DNA of 64,000 bases from Candidatus Binataceae bacterium (GTDB taxonomy: Bacteria; Desulfobacterota; Binatia; Binatales; Binataceae), in contig JBGPUE010000005.1 of assembly GCA_041491005.1 (NCBI GenBank), forward strand, positions 1,165 through 65,164, read 5' to 3'. The position numbers were made by a program, and so were the translations under genes. Positions 19,186-27,524 of this stretch are shown here, piece after piece. Under the pieces are notes generated by a model. It was not told the DNA's origin. It searched no databases and was given only the letters and a program-made list of their open reading frames with translations. Each line of letters starts with the position of its first letter. Position 1 is the stretch's first letter.

Positions 19186-19476
19186 ATGGCTCGCAGACTG
19201 TACGTTGGGAATCTGGCTTGGGGCGTAACCGATCAGGACTTGCGGGATCTGTTCGCTGAGGCCGGCAATGTCGAGAGCTGCCAGGTGATCATCGATCGCG
19301 AAACCAACCGCTCGCGCGGATTCGGTTTCGTCGAGATGGCATCGGATGATTCGGCCGATGCGGCGATCAAGAAGTTCAATGGCAGGGACGTGAAGGGACG
19401 CGCCATCCGCGTGAACGAGGCCCAAAGCCGCGGTGCCGGTGGCGGGCGCGACGCCGGTGGCGGGCGCGACCGCTAG
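19186..19476 (+). CDS. RRM-type RNA-binding protein (RNP-1/RNP-2; glycine-rich C-terminus)
   Basis: It carries RNP-2 LYVGNL, RNP-1 RGFGFVEM and a C-terminal GAGGGRDAGGGRDR. An RBS aaggagag lies 6 nt upstream of the ATG. Confidence 0.9.
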   Translation: MARRLYVGNLAWGVTDQDLRDLFAEAGNVESCQVIIDRETNRSRGFGFVEMASDDSADAAIKKFNGRDVKGRAIRVNEAQSRGAGGGRDAGGGRDR

Positions 19477-19632
19477 CCGATTCCCCCAAATCAACCAGGA
19501 TACGGGCAAGGGGATGAGCCCCTTGCCGGTGTCCTTGCCTGCGCGATGGCAACATCGCTTGCAGACTCCCGCGATCCGCCCGAGCAGCGGCTCCGCCCGC
19601 CCGCGGCGGCGTCGTCCTGACGGAGGCGGCGG

Positions 19633-20565
19633 ATGGAAGTAATCGCGCTTGCCGCGCAAGGCGAAGAAGCCTGCTTGGTCCCCGCGCTGGGATGCCAATG
19701 CCTTCAGTACCGCGTTGGCGCACTGGAAGTGCTTGCGGGTCCGGTGAGCCTCGATGCGCTGCGCGCCGATCCGTGGGCCTGCGGGATGCCGGTGCTCTAT
19801 CCATGGCCCGGGCGAATCGCCGGCGCGCGCTTCACATGGAGCGCGCGCGAGCACCAATTGCCGGTCAACGAACAGACGCGCGGTCATGCGCTGCACGGGC
19901 TCGTCTACGATCGGCCGTTCAACGTCCTCCGCCAGGGCCCGGATTACCTGCAATGCGAACTAAATTGGGGCGAAAGCGCTGCCGAACGAGTCGCATGGCC
20001 GTATCCGTCGCGGTTGCGGCTCGACTACGAAATCGGTAACGGGCTCAGGATACACGCGACGGTCACGAACACCGGCGATCGCACTATGCCGTTCGGGCTC
20101 GGGCTTCATCCATACTTTCGCGCGCCGCTGGGCGCCAACGGGACGCGTGCTGCAATGCGTTTGCGCTTGGACGCCGCCAATCGCTGGCCGCTCGATGAGC
20201 GGCTGGTTCCTGCCGGCCGGCCGGTGCCCGTCACCGGCAAGTACGATCTGCGTTCAGGCCGCGAGCTGGGCGAGGAGTCCTACGACGACGCCTTCACCGC
20301 TATCGCGCCTGACTCCGATGGCGCGATCCGCGCGCTGCTGATCGATCCCGCGCTCCGAGTTGCAGTCGAGGTCGTTTCGGATTCAGGCTTCGCACACTGG
20401 ATGATCTACGCGCCCGGCGATCGCGGCGTGGTCTCGATCGAGCCGTACACCTGCGCCCCTGACGCCTTCAATCTCGCGGCGCGCGGGATGCGATCGGGTC
20501 ATGGCGAACTTCAGCCGGGCCAATCGTGGCAAGGCCGCGTCGAGATTCGGATCGCGCCGGCCTGA
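19633..20565 (+). CDS. Aldose 1-epimerase family protein
   Basis: It carries YPWPGRI, GHALHGLVYDRPF, GLGLHPYFRAP and EPYTCAPDAF, motifs typical of the PF01263 mutarotase-like fold. Confidence 0.75.
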   Translation: MEVIALAAQGEEACLVPALGCQCLQYRVGALEVLAGPVSLDALRADPWACGMPVLYPWPGRIAGARFTWSAREHQLPVNEQTRGHALHGLVYDRPFNVLRQGPDYLQCELNWGESAAERVAWPYPSRLRLDYEIGNGLRIHATVTNTGDRTMPFGLGLHPYFRAPLGANGTRAAMRLRLDAANRWPLDERLVPAGRPVPVTGKYDLRSGRELGEESYDDAFTAIAPDSDGAIRALLIDPALRVAVEVVSDSGFAHWMIYAPGDRGVVSIEPYTCAPDAFNLAARGMRSGHGELQPGQSWQGRVEIRIAPA

Positions 20566-20572
20566 CGAATCA

Positions 20573-20702
20573 GCGGCCTTTGAACTTCGGATCGCGTCGC
20601 TGCGCCAGCGCGCGGACGCCCTCGATAAAGTCCTCGGTCCCGAGCAGCGAACTTTGGGCGAGCGCCTCGAGCTCCATGAAGGTCATTTTGTCCAGCCTGG
20701 AT
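20573..20702. repeat. Diverged (~90% identical) duplicate of the last ~43 codons of the enoyl-CoA hydratase gene (direct repeat partner of 22098..22228)
   Basis: I aligned 20573-20702 and 22098-22228 by eye; they differ only by scattered substitutions (e.g. stop TGA vs TAG). The translated copy is GLDKMTFMELEALAQSSLLGTEDFIEGVRALAQRRDPKFKGR. Confidence 0.8.
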
Positions 20703-20716
20703 CACGGCCTCCCGAA

Positions 20717-21469
20717 TTAGAAAACGTTTCGGACTGCCTTCCCAATGAACAATGGAAGGCCGGCTGGGACAAATTCACCGCCTGGCGCTGAGAATGGGCC
20801 GATGAGGTTGCCGATGGTGGGCTCCGGAGCGGTTGGCGAGAGTGCCTTGATGAACAACTCGAAGTCCCTACTGTTGCGCTCAAGGTTTTCCTTCGTACAG
20901 GACGGGCCGCAGAACTCCAAAACGACGAAGACTGCCGCAGCTGCTGCATGTTCTGCTGCAAAAATCAGGGACGCGGCTGTCCCGTGCAGCAACTGATAGC
21001 GCAGGTTGTTGATCCCCGGACCTGCATCGCCGAGCACGGCCTTGGCAAGAGTCGCGATTCTCTTCGGGACGTTCGACTTCGCAGAAGCCGCTGTCAGCGT
21101 CTCACCGATGGTGCCGCCGAACGATTCGTCTGCCTTGGCCTCAATCGTCACGGCGACCTTTCCGATGCTGCTCTCTCCGATAGCCGCCAAGTCCGCGTTT
21201 CTTGTCTCGCCTGGAAATCGGTCGAGGGCGATCTTGTGTTCAGGAAAGGCAGCCGTGAGGTCGACCGTCCCGAGTCCCCGATGCGATGAGAGGAGGGCGC
21301 GGAGCTCGGGCGGCACGGCGGGAACGCCACTCTCAAGAAAGATTTTTGCGAGCTCCTTGGCACTTCGACCGCCGACCCATTGGCGACGTCCCTCCTTCGG
21401 AGGAGCGAACTGAAACCATTCGTCGACGGTGGTTATCTCGTGGCCGTCTTTCTGAATCCGAAGATCCAT
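20717..21469 (-). CDS. Hypothetical protein, islet cargo; possible PD-(D/E)xK-type nuclease motif
   Basis: It is a 250-aa ORF in a lower-GC segment. It has a D...(V/I)EAK arrangement (ADLAAIGESSIGKVAVTIEAKADESFG) reminiscent of restriction-endonuclease-like folds. No family was recognised with certainty. Confidence 0.45.
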   Translation of the reverse strand: MDLRIQKDGHEITTVDEWFQFAPPKEGRRQWVGGRSAKELAKIFLESGVPAVPPELRALLSSHRGLGTVDLTAAFPEHKIALDRFPGETRNADLAAIGESSIGKVAVTIEAKADESFGGTIGETLTAASAKSNVPKRIATLAKAVLGDAGPGINNLRYQLLHGTAASLIFAAEHAAAAAVFVVLEFCGPSCTKENLERNSRDFELFIKALSPTAPEPTIGNLIGPFSAPGGEFVPAGLPLFIGKAVRNVF

Positions 21470-21772
21470 GCGCGCCTCATCATTTGTTCGGGATTCCTAC
21501 GCTTGGGGAACTTCCAGAGCTAGCCCTAGCTCCAAGATTTCGATGTTCCGGATCGATGCGGCGGCTTGTCCGCCCTTGGTCCAGTTCGCTTTAACTTCGA
21601 TTACTGGGATTCTGAGCTGGGCCGCCGCTTCTCGCGCCAAACGTGTCCCACTCCTCTCGCTCCGCCTTCACCCAAGGTTAGAGGAGCAAGGAACCCGCTC
21701 CAAGATTGCTATTGCCCGCTTGATGGGCTCCTTGTCTGACCAGTTCCGGTCCCCGGCAATCAGAAGCTTCAT
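21470..21772 (-). pseudogene. Frameshifted/truncated remnant of a DUF2493 / YpsA-like SLOG-domain gene
   Basis: On the minus strand MKLLIAGDRNWSDKEPIKRAIAILERV then hits a stop. A second frame continues AAAQLRIPVIEVKANWTKGGQAAASIRNIEIL, which matches the C-terminal ...W.k.G.aAg.iRN... pattern of DUF2493 proteins. This is from memory of the family consensus. Confidence 0.35.
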
Positions 21773-21785
21773 GGTTGATTCTGTA

Positions 21786-22019
21786 TCACCCGTATAGCCG
21801 TATCGCATTATCCCGGGTCCACATGTTCGACTCGCCGGCGATGTCGTACCCGCAGTTGCGGATCATTATGGGTATGAGTGCGCAGGATGACGCTTTTCCC
21901 GCGTCGCATTCGGTTTTGAACTTCGCTATGAGCTCAGTGGCCTGCCTCCCGCTCTCGCGTTGGGCTGCGGTTGCACAACCTGTGGTCAGGATCAGGAAGA
22001 CAAGGATTAGGCTTGTCAT
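21786..22019 (-). CDS. Small putative secreted/lipoprotein (77 aa, Cys-containing)
   Basis: An internal start gives MTSLILVFLILTTGCATAAQRE (signal peptide plus Cys). It lies in the low-GC islet, and its coding status is uncertain. Confidence 0.3.
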   Translation of the reverse strand: MTSLILVFLILTTGCATAAQRESGRQATELIAKFKTECDAGKASSCALIPIMIRNCGYDIAGESNMWTRDNAIRLYG

Positions 22020-22097
22020 TTGCTCGTCTCCTTCCGATTTTTCCCCCTTGCTCAGGATGACGGACATAGTTCCCGAAGTCATTTGCGAGGCACCACG

Positions 22098-22904
22098 CTA
22101 GCGGCCCTTGAACTTCGGATCGCGGCGCTGCGCAAGCGCGCGGGCGCCCTCGATGAAGTCCTCGGTTCCGAGCAATGAGCTCTGCGCGAGCGCCTCGAGC
22201 TCCATGAAGGTCATTTTGTCCAGCCCATAGCCGCGGTCGATGAGTTTTTTAGCGAGCCCGACGGCGAGCGGCGCATTGCGCGCCATCTCGCGCGCGAGTT
22301 CCTCGGCGGCCGCGATATGCTCACCAGCAGCGACCACGCGATTGACCAACCCGATGCGCGCAGCCTCGTCGGCGTCGATCAAGCGCGCCGTCATGATCAG
22401 CTCCTTGGCGCGCGCGTAGCCCACTGTTCGCGTCAGCCGCGTGCTGCCGCCGACATCGGGGACCAGACCGAGCCGCACCTCCGGCATCCCCAGCCGCGTG
22501 CCGGCGGCTGCGATGCGTGCATCACAAGCGAGCGCCAGCTCCAGCCCGAGCCCCCCGGCGTAGCCGTGAATCGCGCCGATCACCGGCTTTTCAAGCGCCT
22601 CGATGCGGTTGAGCACGGCCTGCGATGCGGCCACGGATTGGCGAAAGCGGGCGAGGTTTGGCCGCCCGCCACCTTCGGAGCCCCCGCCGTCAGAGGAGAT
22701 CGATGTAAAGTCGAGGCCCGCCGAAAAGACCGCGCCCTCGCCGAATACAATAATCGCGCGCACGTCGGGTTGGTCGGCCTTCGTAAGCGCCTCGTCCAGC
22801 GCCCGCATCACGGCAGCGCTGATCGCATTGCGCTTCTCGGGCCGATTGAGCGCCACGTATGCCAGTTCGCCTTCGATGCGGACCTTGACCATCTCTTCAG
22901 TCAT
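22098..22904 (-). CDS. Enoyl-CoA hydratase/isomerase (crotonase family)
   Basis: The start MTEEMVKVRIEGELAYVALNRPEKRNAIS, the oxyanion-hole region VFGEGAVFSAGLD and GAIHGYAGGLGLELALACD identify it. Its last ~130 bp are duplicated at 20573-20702. Confidence 0.85.
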   Translation of the reverse strand: MTEEMVKVRIEGELAYVALNRPEKRNAISAAVMRALDEALTKADQPDVRAIIVFGEGAVFSAGLDFTSISSDGGGSEGGGRPNLARFRQSVAASQAVLNRIEALEKPVIGAIHGYAGGLGLELALACDARIAAAGTRLGMPEVRLGLVPDVGGSTRLTRTVGYARAKELIMTARLIDADEAARIGLVNRVVAAGEHIAAAEELAREMARNAPLAVGLAKKLIDRGYGLDKMTFMELEALAQSSLLGTEDFIEGARALAQRRDPKFKGR

Positions 22905-23053
22905 CGCGGGAACCTCTCTGGATGAATTGAGGACGAACCGATTGCTGCCGGCCAAGTCTAGCCGACTGCGACGCGATTGCCACCCGCCGACGGGAGATTT
23001 GCGATACGCGCGAGCCGCGTGTTATGCAGGAAAACCTCCGGGAGGACGTGCGA

Positions 23054-23518
23054 ATGATTCAGAACCTGAAGAAAATTCTCGCCCCGATCGATTTCTCCGA
23101 GTATTCATTCGAGGCGATGCGCGGAGCATGGGAGCTGGCGCGCGACGTTGGCGCGGAGTTGCATCTGCTGCATGTGGTCGTGCCGCATCACAGCTACATC
23201 CCCATGTTCGGCGCGGAGCAGCCTGCCGAAGCCGCGCGCGAGACCGCGATGGCCGAGCAGGCGGAAGAAGAAATGACGCGGATCAAGAAAGATCAGATGG
23301 GTAACTCGGGCAAGGTGATCATCCTCGCCTTGGTCGGAAATCCGATTGCCAAGGTCGCCGAATATGCCGCGCAAAACGACATCGATTTGATCCTGCTGGC
23401 CACCCATGGGCGGTCCGGCCTCGAGCATATTTTGATCGGCAGCGTGGCGGAGAAGCTCGCACGCGTCGCGCCGTGCTCCGTGATGATCATGCGGCGCAAG
23501 GGCGCCGCTGCATCCTGA
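23054..23518 (+). CDS. Universal stress protein (UspA family)
   Basis: It has the N-terminus MIQNLKKILAPIDFSEYS and the ATP-binding-like C-terminus LILLATHGRSGLEHILIGSVAEKLARVAPCSVMIM. Confidence 0.8.
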   Translation: MIQNLKKILAPIDFSEYSFEAMRGAWELARDVGAELHLLHVVVPHHSYIPMFGAEQPAEAARETAMAEQAEEEMTRIKKDQMGNSGKVIILALVGNPIAKVAEYAAQNDIDLILLATHGRSGLEHILIGSVAEKLARVAPCSVMIMRRKGAAAS

Positions 23519-23548
23519 AATTCATCGAATTGGCCGGGAGGATTCGTC

Positions 23549-23947
23549 ATGACAACCGCTGAGCAGAAAGAACGCGCGCTGGGTTTCCTGCGCGCCCTGG
23601 AGAAGGCTGACTCGAAGGCGATGGGCGAAGTCCTCGCCGATGACTTCGAATTCGAGATGATGGGAAAGTTACCCGGCATCTCACCGGTGCGCGGCAAGCA
23701 GGCCTTTGTCGAAAACATCGGCAAGACCATTCGGGGGATGTTCCCTAACGGACTGAACATGACGTTCTCGACCGTCATCGCCGACGGCCCGCATGTCGCG
23801 ATTCAGGCCGCGTCAGACACGGTCGCCGGCAACGGCAAGAAGTACGCGAATCGCTATCACTTCTATTTCCTGTTCAAGGGCGACAAGATCGCACAGGTGC
23901 GCGAGTACAACGACGTCAACCACGTCCGCGAAGTCTTCATGAGCTAG
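23549..23947 (+). CDS. SnoaL-like / NTF2-fold protein
   Basis: It is 132 aa with an NTF2-like pattern (LRALEKADSKAMGEVLADDFEFEM ... YHFYFLFKGDKIAQVREY). Confidence 0.65.
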   Translation: MTTAEQKERALGFLRALEKADSKAMGEVLADDFEFEMMGKLPGISPVRGKQAFVENIGKTIRGMFPNGLNMTFSTVIADGPHVAIQAASDTVAGNGKKYANRYHFYFLFKGDKIAQVREYNDVNHVREVFMS

Positions 23948-24002
23948 CGATGCGGGCATCGCGCAGACATTCGAGCTGACCCGGGGTTGCTTCGGAGACG
24001 GC

Positions 24003-24060
24003 ACCCTCACCCTGACCCTCGCCCGCTCTTTTGCGGGAGAGGGACAGGGTGAGGGTTCTG
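24003..24060. repeat. REP-like palindromic element (ACCCTCACCCTGACCCTCGCCCGC-tcttttg-CGGGAGAGGGACAGGGTGAGGGT)
   Basis: The hairpin was read directly. It shares the GGGAGAGGG..GGGTGAGGG module with the repeats at 29409-29452 and 29689-29735. Confidence 0.55.
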
Positions 24061-24371
24061 GCGGCTAGGCGGACACGATGAAGCGCCCGCCAGCGCGCTT
24101 GCGCGCGGGCCAGCGGATGTGCGTTTGACACTCCATCAAACGAGCAAAGGGCCGAAAGGATTGCTCCATTCGACCCCCTGGCCAGCCGGAAAAAGGGGGG
24201 CAAATCCCGGCCAGCATCTACAATTGTGCTCGCGCGGCGCGGCCACCGCAATCTTTGCGATGACGCCGACGAACACTTTGATACCTCATCGCTGCCAAAT
24301 TCTACCGACGCTGGGCGGCTCTCCACACCCTCTGAAACGGTCGTTGCATCAAGTATTGCAGCCAACGCGAG

Positions 24372-24641
24372 TCAGGGCGCGCCACCGCTTAACGCGGGCA
24401 CGAAATGAACCTCACTGTCGTCACGGACGCGTTCGCGCACTCCGTTGGTGCCGAATTCCCCGTCGATCGATACGGCGATCGATGCCTTCAGGTCGCCATC
24501 CTCGATCAGATGATTGCGCAGGCCGGGGAACCGGTGTTCGAGATCTTCGATCAGCTGGCCGACGGTGCTCCCCGCGGCAGTAGTGCGATCGACGCCGCCA
24601 GTCAGCTTGCGCATCGAGGCTGGAATGATGACGGTGGCCAT
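24372..24641 (-). CDS. MoaD/ThiS-family ubiquitin-like sulfur-carrier protein (ends ...SGGAP, not the canonical terminal GG)
   Basis: It is ~90 aa, starts at MATVIIPASMRKLTGG, and has a beta-grasp-like pattern with ...HFVPALSGG near the C-terminus. It lies adjacent to the molybdoenzyme operon. Confidence 0.5.
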   Translation of the reverse strand: MATVIIPASMRKLTGGVDRTTAAGSTVGQLIEDLEHRFPGLRNHLIEDGDLKASIAVSIDGEFGTNGVRERVRDDSEVHFVPALSGGAP

Positions 24642-24699
24642 AAACTCACGAGGCGGGCCTTCAAGCCCGCCTCGTCTCAATCGAACTTGAGCTGCCTCG

Positions 24700-26961
24700 C
24701 TACTTCTTGTTGTGGATCGCCTTCAGCAAGCGCGGCGGCGACATCGGCGTTTGCGTCATCCGCACTCCCACCGCGCGATAGATCGCGTTGGCCACCGCTG
24801 CCACTGGCGGAACGATCGACACTTCGCCGACGCCGCGGATGCCCAGCGGATGGCCCGGGTTGGCTACCTCGACGATCACGGTTTCGATCGGCGGCAGGTC
24901 CAGGCAGGTCGGCATCCGATAATCGAGGAAGCCGGCATTACGGAGCTGTCCCTTGGCGTCGTAGAAATATTCCTCGTTGAGCGCCCAGCCGATTCCCTGC
25001 ACCGTTCCGCCCTGCATCTGACCCTCGACGTACGACGGATGAACCGCTTTGCCGGCGTCCTGTGCGCACGTCACGCGCAGGATCTGCACCTTGCCGGTCT
25101 CCGGATCCACTTCGACATCGACGCAGGTGGTGGCGAAGGCCGGCCCGACGCCGCGCGCATTGACATTGGCGCGGCCGGTGATCGGGCCGCCAGTGCGGCC
25201 GAGCTTGCCCGCGATCTCCTTGAGGCTCAGCGGCGGGACGCCGTTGTTCTTCGAGCTCACCTTGCCGTCGTGGAACTCGATTTCGTCGAACTTGCGCTCC
25301 CACAGCCGCGCCGCGCGCTCCTTGAGCTGGCGCACGACGTCATTGGCGGCTTCGTAGACGGCAAGTCCGGTGGCGAAAGTAACGCGGCTGCCGCCCGTGA
25401 CGTCGGTATGGCCGATCGAATCGGTGTCGGCCACCAGCGGGCGCACGTCATTGAAATCCAGCCCCAGCACTTCGGCCGCGATCATCGCCATCGAGGCGCG
25501 TGAACCGCCGATGTCGGGTGAGCCAGTGACGACGCTGGCGGTGCCGTCCGCGTGAAGATGGACATCGGCTGACGATTGGAACCCGACGTTGAACCAGAAT
25601 CCGGTCGCGACGCCGCGCCCCCGATTGGGTCCGGTCAGCTTCGATTTGTAATGCGGGCTGTTCTTGATCGCCTCGCAGGTCTCGATCATGCCGATGCGCT
25701 TGTAGGGGCCCATCGGACCGGGCACGCCTTCGCGAGCGCCATTGCGGATACGGAAATCGAGCGGATCGATTCCGCATTTCTCAGCCAGCTCATCGATCAC
25801 GGTTTCGGCTGCGAACGCGGCATTGGTGGCGCCCGGCGCGCGATAAGCGGCGGTCTTCGGCCGGTTGACGACCACGTCGAACGCATCGATTTGCGCGTGC
25901 TCGATATTGTACGGCGCGAGGATCGTCAACATGCCAGCGCCGACCGGCGAACCCGGAAACGCGCCTGCCTCGTATGCCATCCAGACTTTGGCGCCCGTGA
26001 TGGTGCCGTCCTTGGTGCAACCCATCTTCACACGAATCGTCGAGCCCGAAGTCGGGCCGGTGGCGCGCAGGACCTCGCCGCGCGTCATCACCATCTTCAC
26101 CGGATGACCGGTCTCCTTGGCCAGCATCACGGCCACCGGTTCGAGGTAGATCGTGGTCTTGCCGCCGAAGCCGCCGCCGATCTCGGCCGGCACGACGCGG
26201 ATCTTGCCGGCTTCCATGCCCAGCACCTGCGCGCTCAGCGCGCGAACTTCGAATGGTCCCTGCGTCGAGCAATAGATGGTCGCGTGGCCATCGGCGGTGT
26301 AAGTCGCGACCGCGTTGTGCGGCTCGATGTATCCCTGATGGACCATCGCGGTGCGGAATTCGCGCTCGACCACGAAGTCGGCGGACTTGAAGGCGGCTTC
26401 AACGTCGCCGCGCTTAATCGGGATATGGCTGGCTATGTTGGTCGGCTTGTCGGGCGCATCCTTGCTGCGCAGCTCGGGCAGCAGGATCGGAGCATTGGGC
26501 GCCATCGCGTCCTCGACCGTCATCGCAGGCGGCAGCACTTCGTATTCAACCTCGATCAGCCCAAGGGCCTCCTCGGCGATATGCGGGTTGGTCGCGGCGA
26601 CGGCGGCGATCGCATGTCCGTCGTACAGCACTTTGCCCCGCGCCAGGATGTTGAGCGACAGGTAATGCGGGTTCATCGGTTGCTCGCCCATCGCGATAGT
26701 CTCGTTCTTCAGGTTGGGCAGATGCTCGCCGGTGACGACCGCCTTGACGCCCGGCAGCTTGCGCGCTTTCTCGATGTTGATCGATTTGATCCGCGCATGC
26801 GCATGCGGGCTGCGCAGCACCTTGCCGAAGAGCATCCCGGGGAACGAATAGTCGGCGCCGTAGCGGGCGCGCCCGATTACTTTGTCGATCCCGTCAGGCC
26901 GGATCGGCCGCGTGCCAATGACCCTAAACTGCTTAGCGCCTTCTTTGGGTGAAGCTGCCAT
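24700..26961 (-). CDS. Xanthine dehydrogenase-family molybdopterin-binding large subunit (CoxL-like)
   Basis: It is 753 aa. The N-terminus FRVIGTRPIRPDGIDKVIGRARYGADY, the AAYRAPGATN region and overall length fit the aldehyde oxidase/XDH large subunit. Confidence 0.85.
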   Translation of the reverse strand: MAASPKEGAKQFRVIGTRPIRPDGIDKVIGRARYGADYSFPGMLFGKVLRSPHAHARIKSINIEKARKLPGVKAVVTGEHLPNLKNETIAMGEQPMNPHYLSLNILARGKVLYDGHAIAAVAATNPHIAEEALGLIEVEYEVLPPAMTVEDAMAPNAPILLPELRSKDAPDKPTNIASHIPIKRGDVEAAFKSADFVVEREFRTAMVHQGYIEPHNAVATYTADGHATIYCSTQGPFEVRALSAQVLGMEAGKIRVVPAEIGGGFGGKTTIYLEPVAVMLAKETGHPVKMVMTRGEVLRATGPTSGSTIRVKMGCTKDGTITGAKVWMAYEAGAFPGSPVGAGMLTILAPYNIEHAQIDAFDVVVNRPKTAAYRAPGATNAAFAAETVIDELAEKCGIDPLDFRIRNGAREGVPGPMGPYKRIGMIETCEAIKNSPHYKSKLTGPNRGRGVATGFWFNVGFQSSADVHLHADGTASVVTGSPDIGGSRASMAMIAAEVLGLDFNDVRPLVADTDSIGHTDVTGGSRVTFATGLAVYEAANDVVRQLKERAARLWERKFDEIEFHDGKVSSKNNGVPPLSLKEIAGKLGRTGGPITGRANVNARGVGPAFATTCVDVEVDPETGKVQILRVTCAQDAGKAVHPSYVEGQMQGGTVQGIGWALNEEYFYDAKGQLRNAGFLDYRMPTCLDLPPIETVIVEVANPGHPLGIRGVGEVSIVPPVAAVANAIYRAVGVRMTQTPMSPPRLLKAIHNKK

Positions 26962-27025
26962 TGAGATGACCTCTCTTGATGCCGGTCCGGTATTGCTGAA
27001 GCTTGTTCCGGGTTGAAGGCGCGGC

Positions 27026-27499
27026 CTAGCGCATCTCTTTGGCCGCGTCCATCACCGCCCGCACTATCTTATCGTATCCGGTGCATCGGCACAGGTTGCC
27101 AGCCAGGGCGTAACGCACATCGGCCTCGCTGGGGTTGCGATTGCGATCGAGCAGCGCCTTGGCGGCGATCAGGAATCCCGGCGTGCAGATTCCGCATTGC
27201 AGGCTCGCATGCTCGAGGAACTTCTGCTGCAGCGGATGCAGCGTCGTACCCGTGGCGAGGCCCTCGACGGTCGTGATCTGCTTGCCCTGCGCCTCGGGAC
27301 CGAGCATCAAGCACGAGCAGGCTACGCGTCCGTCGACGATCACGCTGCATGCGCCGCAGTCGCCGGTAAGGCAGCCCTCTTTGCTGCCGGTCAGCCCGAG
27401 CACGTCGCGCAGCACTTCGAGCAGGCTCTGGCGCGGTTCGCAGATGAACTCGGTCGGTTCGCCATTGATGGTGGTTTCTACGATTTTGCGTGTCGACAT
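27026..27499 (-). CDS. (2Fe-2S)-binding small subunit (CoxS-like)
   Basis: Two Cys clusters are present: GCLTGDCGACSV and CGICTPGFL...CRCTGY. Confidence 0.85.
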   Translation of the reverse strand: MSTRKIVETTINGEPTEFICEPRQSLLEVLRDVLGLTGSKEGCLTGDCGACSVIVDGRVACSCLMLGPEAQGKQITTVEGLATGTTLHPLQQKFLEHASLQCGICTPGFLIAAKALLDRNRNPSEADVRYALAGNLCRCTGYDKIVRAVMDAAKEMR

Positions 27500-27524
27500 T
27501 ATCTGGTGTTTCCCGTTGTGCGGT

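Noticed and set aside
19012-19953. 313-aa minus-strand ORF spanning the RRM gene and its leader
   Set aside because: It is antisense to a textbook RRM gene with RBS, has Arg/Ala-rich composition typical of spurious high-GC ORFs, and has no recognisable domains.
24712-26952. Plus-strand ORFs 24712..25503 and 25576..26952 (263 and 458 aa)
   Set aside because: They are antisense to the well-supported 753-aa molybdopterin large-subunit gene. They have Arg/Asp/Gly-rich low-complexity translations.
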